Origin: Octopus vulgaris
Taxonomy: Eukaryota
Reading direction: 5' to 3'
NCBI GenBank assembly: GCA_951406725.2
Contig: OX597826.1
Span: 46,500,001-46,564,000 of the forward strand
DNA length: 64,000 nt
A program made the translations under genes and the position numbers. The stretch's first letter is position 1. Every line of letters starts with the position of its first letter. The notes under the pieces were generated by a model. That model worked only from the letters and a program-made list of their open reading frames with translations, was not told the DNA's origin and searched no databases. Of this stretch, positions 55,689 through 64,000 are shown in pieces.

Positions 55689-56784
55689 TTATCTGTCTGC
55701 CTATCTATCTATATATCTATCTATTTATCTATCTATCTATATGTCCATAAATATATATATATATACATAGCTAGCTAGATAGATAGATAGGTGTGTGTGT
55801 GTATATATGCATATGTATATTTATATATAAATATGCATATAAGCTTATATATATGTACATATCCACATAGATGTATCTATGTATGTATGCATGTATGTAT
55901 GTGCCGATACATTTAGCAACACACCAAGATTCTAGTTGGGAAGAGTAAAGAGCATAATGGTAATTCTTTGCGTTTATTTTCGCATGGAATCCAAGTTTTG
56001 AAAGTTAACCATGAATGAATATAAAACCGGAATTAACCAATTACTTCATCTTCATTTACCACCCAAAGTGATTTAAATTTTATTCACATCACACATTTTA
56101 AAAGGAAGCCGTTTGGCAAGAGACTACTAAATCTTATAAGATTTAATATGGAATTGAAAAGTCTATGGTATATTGATATGATATTGTACAAGTTCTTATA
56201 AAATCAAACAATTTTGTAACCATTATCGTCTGAAATATAGCAAATATTTGAAATATATTTTGTAGAAAACATCACAGCATCTATAAATAATATGCGTTTT
56301 TTTTTCTTTTTCTTTATCTTCAAGTGTGTAAATTCTTTAAAATTTCTTAGAATATTCTGTCTTCTTTTCTGTGTTATTTGATTCTTTTATATTATTTCCG
56401 TTGTCTTCCGTTATGTTTCCGCTGTCTCCCCACCATCCGCCATATAAATCTTTTCATACATTTATATCTCTTGGCTTTTATTATCTGTCTTCAGTTTCTC
56501 CTCATCCACGTCTTCCTCCTAATTCTCCTCCTTCTCTTTCTTCTGCTTCTTCATCCATCGACAACATCACGTTGCATAAAATATACTTTTGAGAGAATCT
56601 AAAGATATAAATACATATCCAAATGCTTATGGAACTCTGCGACACTTGATGAACGTTGGTAGAAAACAAACAAACAAACACAAAACAAGACCAAAAATGG
56701 AATAAATAACATGGTAAACGGCAAAATGCCAGAATGATTTTTTTCGCTTATATTCAAGAAAAACAAACAAACAAATAAAAATAT

Positions 56785-57500
56785 AGGAGTGGCTGTGTGG
56801 TAAGTAGCTTGTTTACCAACCACATGGTTCCGGGTTCAGTCCCACTGCGTGGCATCTTGGGCAAGTGTCTTCTACTATAGCCTCGGGCCGACCAAAGCCT
56901 TGTGAGTGGATTTGGTAGACGGAAACTGAAAGAAGCCCGTCGTATATGATTGATTGATTGATTGATTTTAGTTTCAGCTCACGAGCTGTGGCCATGCTGG
57001 GGCACCGCCATTTGGTGTTGATACATGGTTTTACTTCACGAATGCTTTTTAGCAACTGTCATTTGGTGCATGAGAGAGTTCGATGCAGCTGCCCTCATCT
57101 GCACCTCCTGCCGTGAAGTTGGTTCATCTGGGATACCTGACAAGAAGAGATCCAGTTTCATTTTAAAGACATCTGCATCCACCCCATGCAGGTCTCTTAG
57201 GTTCTTCGGGAGGATATTGAAGAGCTGTGGGCCTCGGAAGCCCAGGCTATCATATATATGTATATATATATGGGTGTGTGCGTGTATGTTTGTGTGTCTG
57301 TGTTTGTCCCCATAGATTGCTTGACAACCGATGCTGGTGTGTTTATGTCCCCGTTACTTAGCGGTTCGGCAAAAGAGACCGATAGAATAAGTACTGGGCT
57401 TACAAAAGAATAAGTCCCGGGGTCGAGTTGCTCGATTAAAGGCGGTGCTCCAGCATGGCCGCAGTCAAATGACTGAAACAAGTAAAAGAGTAAAAAGAGT
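56785..57500 (+). mobile_element. SINE family B, full length, interrupted in its internal microsatellite
   Basis: Head 56785-56943; resumes ~57252 and runs to the GTAAAAGAGTAAAAGAG tail. Confidence 0.9.
56946..57250 (-). mobile_element. 3' end of a CR1-group LINE (ORF2 C-terminus, 3' UTR, (AATC)n tail)
   Basis: Reverse complement encodes SLGFRGPQLFNILPKNLRDLHGVDADVFKMKLDLFLSGIPDEP...RAAASNSL; tail GGCGGTGCCCCAGCATGGCCACAGCTCGTGAGCTGAAACTAAAATCAATC. Confidence 0.85.
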
Positions 57501-57690
57501 ATATACATATAAAAGATTATATATCAATCTTTGTCCCTTCTCTGCGTAAATATATTCATATTTATGTAGCGATACGAAAATACATACATGCATATATACA
57601 CAAACACAAACATGTATATATGTATATGTATGTGAATATATGTATATGTGTGTGTGTATGTATATACTCATATATATATATATATATGGT

Positions 57691-57721
<31 letters not shown>

Positions 57722-57952
57722 ATATGGTTATGTATATTTGTGTGTGCATTTATAATATGCAATGTTGAAAGTATGTGTATATACGAAACACATACATGAG
57801 TACACATGCATATGTATATATATACATACATACATACGCCCACACTCAGGCACACACATGCATGCGGGCATGCATACATACAAGGGACGAAACTCTCGGT
57901 CCTTGAGTCACCTTGTAAATTATGCCGATTCAAAATTACGCATGTGTACACA

Positions 57953-58051
<99 letters not shown>

Positions 58052-58066
58052 ATATATATATATATA

Positions 58067-58097
<31 letters not shown>

Positions 58098-58167
58098 ATG
58101 TATGAATATATATATATATATATATATATACATATGCACATATATATATATATATATATATACATGC

Positions 58168-58198
<31 letters not shown>

Positions 58199-58854
58199 CA
58201 TGCACATATACATATGTATATATACACACATATCCATATATATATGTACATGTATACACACACACACACACACACACAAACATATATATATGCACTCCCG
58301 AACACATACACACACACAAATATACTTGTATGAATACAAGATTTTTTTCATATCTTCAAACCGAAAATAAAGAACATTCCTGAAATATCTAAGAAAAATA
58401 AACTGAAACAATTTTTCAGTGGGTTTATCTGTGGTGGGCAAGGATGGCGGGAGGTGAGTGGGGCGCGTACAAAATTGGAAGAGAATGAACAGTAATGCAA
58501 TGGAAGTCACCACAATAACAATAAAAAATCACTAAAAAACCAACAAAGCCGCCAGTAAGTAATACCGCTTATTGATCAAAGAGTTTTTATAATTTGCTTA
58601 TTTTTTTGTGTACCAATATCTCTCTTTGTATCCCCCCCTCTCTCTCTCTCTTTCCCTCTTTGTTTCTTCATGTTAATAGAGAGGAAGAAGTCAAGAATTG
58701 TCCTCGTGACATCTCTTGTTAAGTTGTGAGCAGATGGCCTCTTTCACACCGACTCGTTTGCAAAGCTAAGCATCTCTTCTTGGCTGTTGTATTCTTTCTT
58801 TTTTTTTTCAAATATTCATGTGTGCAGTAGTTGCATCGTTATGTGTATGACTGC

Positions 58855-58907
<53 letters not shown>

Positions 58908-59010
58908 TATATGTGTGTATGTGTGTCTATGTGTCTGTGTGTACATGAACTCACACGCAGACAAGCGTGCATGGACACATCTACACTAATATATATGCAA
59001 ATGCATAATT

Positions 59011-59060
<50 letters not shown>

Positions 59061-59230
59061 GTGTGTGTGCTAAATGCATGTATGAATGCTTATACATAAA
59101 TTATACGTGTGTATGTGTGCGTGTGTGTGTGTTTGTTTGCGTGTATGACTGTACTTGTTGATACACAAATGTATGTGCATGCATGCATATATATATATAT
59201 ACATATATATTATTATTATTATTATTATTA

Positions 59231-59279
<49 letters not shown>

Positions 59280-59289
<10 letters not shown>

Positions 59290-59328
59290 TCTAAATCTCT
59301 CTAATGGAGAGATTTAGAAATAATAATA
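59280..59328. repeat. Perfect 22-bp hairpin at the edge of a hammerhead-bearing element
   Basis: TATTATTATTTCTAAATCTCTC-TAATG-GAGAGATTTAGAAATAATAATA. Confidence 0.9.
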
Positions 59329-59423
59329 TTCCTATTTTTGAAAACCAGTGGATGTGTTCCACTGAATATATATAAACCTTCGAATAGACAGTCAACAACG
59401 ACGCCTACTGGGTTCGACTACTC

Positions 59424-59462
59424 CACATTGATAAAGGGCAAATACCTTGAAACTAGTCTGTG
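59424..59462 (+). ncRNA. Minimal hammerhead ribozyme motif (two transitions in the CUGAUGA core)
   Basis: CACA-TTGATAA-AGGG(CAAATA)CCTT-GAAAC-TA-GTC|TGTG: all three stems pair; palindromic ACTAGT stem III; GUC cleavage triplet. Confidence 0.6.
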
Positions 59463-59942
59463 TATGTCTGAAGTATCATGGGGAAGCTGATGACCTCTCG
59501 CGTTCGAAGGTTGTAATTGATGCGGGCTTGTGTGTCACATAGCTAGCTAGAGGCAATGGCCTCTTGGAGCTAATCAACAATTTTTCTGGACTGCCATGCT
59601 AGCTTGGCAATAACTATATATATAGTTATATATATATATATATATTTATCCTTCGAAACGTAGAGTAGATGAAACAATAGCGACTGAAGAAGGGGTTTTT
59701 TCTTTGTGTTAATTGTCCTGTACTCCATTTTTTTGTTGTTTTTAAAATAATGTCCAGTTCCTTTGTTTTGTGTCTATGTTTTCGTTTCTCTTTGTGTTCG
59801 ACGTCCCTTTGGTGTCCTGTACTCATATATGCGTGTATATGTACATGTAGAGGTAGGTACGTACATATATGTTTATATATATGCATATGTTTTATTTCAT
59901 TTATTAATATATATATATATATATATGTGCATATATATAACT

Positions 59943-60014
<72 letters not shown>

Positions 60015-60424
60015 TATATATACATACATACATATATATATACATATATATATATATATTTATATTTATATATATATATATATATACATACATATATGTA
60101 TAAATATGCATATATGCATACAAGCATACATGCATACATACATGCATACATACATATATACATACATACATACATACATACATACATACATACATACATA
60201 CATACAGACAGACAGACAGACATACATAAATATATATATATACATATATCTTTTAAAGAAAATGTTTCTCCCAGCGTTCACTATTTTCCTCTCGTTCTGG
60301 TCGAACGACCCTCCATGTTTGTTTTCGAGCGGTTCGGGTGTATGTCTCTACTGTCATGTTTTTGTTCCCAACTTTTGTTCCCTCCATAAATCCTAGAATT
60401 TATTTTAGAATTTATGGGAGCAAC

Positions 60425-60500
60425 TGTCTTTGAAGACTCATATTTTCGTTGAATGCTCGAAACGAGGAGTAGATAGACAGCCGACAGCTGATGAAGGGTC
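60425..60500 (+). ncRNA. Degenerate hammerhead-like motif followed by a second CTGATGAAGGG core
   Basis: CTGTCT-TTGAAGA...ATGCTC-GAAAC-GAGGA-GTA|GAT-AGACAG...CTGATGAAGGG; the same layout is partly retained at 59650-59696 and (reverse complement) 13872-13920. Confidence 0.4.
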
Positions 60501-60611
60501 CTTTCTCTGTGTATACTTGCCCTGTTTTCAATATTTTTTATCGTTGTTCATGTATTGAACTCGTTTATTTCCGTATTTCATGTTATTTTCACCGTTATTG
60601 ATGCCCTGTGC

Positions 60612-60661
<50 letters not shown>

Positions 60662-60668
<7 letters not shown>

Positions 60669-60843
60669 TTACAGACAAACTACTATTTTGCAAATCAACA
60701 CACACACACACACACACACACAACACAATACATAAAAACACACATTTAATATAAATTAAATAAAATTAAATTCGCCATACAATTGTTTTGTCCCTTCTAA
60801 GCGACATTATTCATGGATTTCAGATCTTCTATTCAATTTTAAG

Positions 60844-60887
<44 letters not shown>

Positions 60888-61076
60888 GCACGCACACACA
60901 CATACACACACACGAATGCATGCACACACATATATATGAACAGACATATATTATTCCTATGTAGAAGTGTGTGTCTATGTGTTTACGTGCTTGAATGTGT
61001 ATTCGTATATGAACTTTTGTATATTTTCGCCGGAGCTCAAAGTTTCAAGCACTTCCGAGTGCATATATATATATAT

Positions 61077-61110
<34 letters not shown>

Positions 61111-61524
61111 TAGAATAAACACGAAACAAGTTGTAGTGGCGAATTCCTAATTTTATTTAATTTATATTAAATTTTTTTATGTATTGGATTATGTATTTCT
61201 TTGTTTGATTTGCAAAATAGTGGTTTTGTCTCTAATTAATATTATATAATATTTTGCTATAAAATTGGATTCAATCCTAAATCTGATTTTCCCTGTAAAT
61301 TTGGATTTATTCCCTAATATTTATATATATATATATATATATACACGCACGCACACACACATACACACACACGAATGCATGCACACACATATATATGAAT
61401 AGATATATATTATTCCTGTGTAGAAGTGTGTGTCTATGTGTTTACGTGCTTGAATGCGTATTTGTATATGTACTTTTGTATATTTTCGCCGGAGCTCAAA
61501 GTTTCAAGCACTACCGCTTTCCGA

Positions 61525-61530
<6 letters not shown>
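60662..61530. repeat. Interleaved inverted (60662-60791 / ~61105-61243) and direct (60884-61064 / 61343-61530) repeats separated by (TA)n
   Basis: Direct comparison of the segments. Confidence 0.85.
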
Positions 61531-61573
<43 letters not shown>

Positions 61574-62176
61574 GTGTGTGTGTTACAAGTTTTATTGATG
61601 TTTTGCCATGTACCCTCAAATGTCTAGGTATAACTCATTTTATTCTAAATATTTTGCAAGAAATGCGGCACAGGATTTTATCTAGAACGTCAAGAAGTGC
61701 TTCTCGCACCCATACACTTGTCTAAAATAGATTTTCAAGCGATCAGTAAAATTGCGAATATCAAACAGAAAGGGTAACGGTGCCTCAATGAGCTTGTGGG
61801 TTGTGTAAGCATGCATGCATTCCCTGCTGATTTCCTAATTATTATGTTCTATGAATAAAAGAACTGACTTTCGAGTGTAATGCGATACCAGATAGTGCCA
61901 ATGAGATTATCACCGGTTCAGACACTTTGCAGAAATTCAACAGCCTGAAGGTTTCGGTCATTATGTTTCTCATCTTGACAGGCAATATGACAGGCAATAT
62001 GATCTTTCCCTTTACTGCAGACTATTTTTCTTATGTTCAGATCGCCATCCGTTGATGTTCAGTGCGAAATATTCGCAATTCTGCGTTTGTTTCCATGTAC
62101 TTCAGTTTGTCTTTTGTGAAATTTCTGTTTTAATTACGTTACACATACACATGCCCAAACCCACTCCTCTACACAT

Positions 62177-62409
62177 AAGGCGGCGAGCTGACAGAAACGT
62201 TAGCACGCCGGGCGAAATGCTTAGCTGTATTTCGTCTGCCGCTACGTTCTGAGTTCAAATTCCGCCGATGTCGACTTTGCCTTTCATCCTTTCGGAGTCG
62301 ATTAAATAAGTACCAGTTACGCACTGGGGTCGATATAATCGACTTAATCCGTTTGTCTGTCCTTGTTTGTCCCCTCTGTGTTTAGCCCCTTGTGGGTAGT
62401 AAAGAAATA
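62177..62409 (+). mobile_element. SINE family A monomer
   Basis: Near-consensus copy. Confidence 0.92.
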
Positions 62410-62421
62410 CATATGGATGTT

Positions 62422-62453
<32 letters not shown>

Positions 62454-62849
62454 TGTATGTATGTATGTATGTATGTATGTATGTATGTATGTATGTATGT
62501 ATGTATGTATGTGTGTATGTATGTATGTCTTTATTCACTTTATTTCAAGATTTCTTGCAAATAGAGAAAGAATTGGTTTCTAACCTAGATCTAAGATTCC
62601 TTCATTGGAATTTCAACATCAACAACAGGGTATTTATGTATGCATTTATACATGTATGTATGCATGTATGTATGTATGCATGTACGTATGTATGTATGTA
62701 TGCATGTATGTATGTATGTATGTATGTATGTATGTATGTATGTATGTATGTATGTATGTATGTATGTATGTATGTATGTATGTATGCATGTATGTATGTA
62801 TGTACGTACACATGTATGTATTGTATGTGCAGATTTGTATGTTTTACAG

Positions 62850-63125
62850 ACACCTGTACCCTTTACGTAGTTCTCGGGGAGATTCAGCGTGACACAGAGT
62901 GTGACAAGGCTGGCCCTTTTAAATATAGATACAACAGAAACAGGAAGAAAGAGTGAGAGAAATTTGTGGTGGGAGAGTACAGCAGGATTCGCCATCACCC
63001 CCTGCCGGAGCCTCATGGAGTTTTAGGTGTTTTCACTCAATAAACACTCACAAGCCCCGGTCTCGAAACCGCGATTCTACGACCGCGAGTCCGCTGCCCT
63101 AACTACTGGACCATTGCGCCTCCAC
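62850..63125 (-). mobile_element. SINE family D head with C-type body
   Basis: D head followed by CCTTGTCACACTCTGTGTCACGCTGAATCTCCCCGAGAACTACG, as in 35830-35885. Confidence 0.85.
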
Positions 63126-63213
63126 ACACAAACACACACACGACGACGGTGAGCTAGCAGAATCGCTACCGCGCCGAAATTACTGGCCCTATACCAAAAT
63201 TTGAAACCATTAC

Positions 63214-63320
<107 letters not shown>

Positions 63321-63321
63321 A

Positions 63322-63358
<37 letters not shown>

Positions 63359-63441
63359 CCTGTCTGTCTGGCTGCTTGTCTGCCCGTCCGTCCGTCTGTC
63401 TGTCTGTTTGTCTGTCTATCTATCCATCTATCTATCCATCT

Positions 63442-63599
63442 AGGAGTGGTTGTGTGATAAGTAGCTTGCTTAAGAACCACATGGTTCCGGGTTCAGTCCC
63501 ACTGCGTGGCACCTTGGACATGTGTCTTCTACTATAGCCTCAAGCCGACCAAAGCCTTGTGGGTGGAATTGGTAGACGGAAACTGAAAGAAGCCCGTCG

Positions 63600-63665
<66 letters not shown>

Positions 63666-63873
63666 TGTGTCTATGTTTGTCCCCCCCAACATCGCTTGAC
63701 AACCGATGCTGGCGTGTTTACGTCCCCGTAACCTAGCGGCTCGGCAAAAGAGGCCGATAGAATAAGTACTAAGTTTACAAAGAATAAGTCCTGGGGTCGA
63801 ATTGCTCGGCTAAAGGCGGTGCTCCAGCATGGCCACAGTCAAATGACTGAAACAAGTAAAAGAGTAAAAGAGT
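63442..63873 (+). mobile_element. SINE family B, full length
   Basis: Head, (TA)n(TG)n core, stem-loop tail and GTAAAAGA repeats. Confidence 0.92.
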
Positions 63874-64000
63874 ATTTATGTGCGCGTGTGAGTCTCCCCT
63901 CTCTCTCTCACTCTCTCTCTCCACACACACACGCACAAACACACACACACACACATTTGGGATGGTCTAGATAACAAACTCTGCTACGAGCAAGGTTTGC

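Overview
This is eukaryotic, AT-rich, microsatellite-saturated non-coding DNA (intronic or intergenic). The SINE repertoire and the (TA)n/(CA)n/(AAT)n/(CATA)n density resemble an octopus (coleoid cephalopod) genome; that assignment is an inference. No intact host protein-coding gene is supported, and almost all ORFs in the track are translated microsatellites or SINEs. The window holds dozens of tRNA-derived SINE copies of four families (my labels A-D). It also holds decayed non-LTR retrotransposons (RTE-like, a CR1-group 3' end, and R4/Dong-like RLE elements in TAA repeats), a Penelope-like GIY-YIG fragment, and several IS630-Tc1-mariner relics (DD37D/maT, mariner MITEs, DUF4817-type). The most interesting signal is a dispersed set of short elements next to microsatellites. 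Some carry minimal hammerhead-ribozyme-like motifs, others have fold-back (inverted) ends, and at least one has both, consistent with a Penelope-dependent retrozyme-like system. Other highlights are a tandem tRNA-Glu/tRNA-Ala-like pair, a ~235-bp inverted repeat spanning 6.2 kb, a micro-inversion reconstructable from a split transposon, and a SINE with its probable partner LINE inserted inside it. Coordinates were read by eye and may be off by a few bases.
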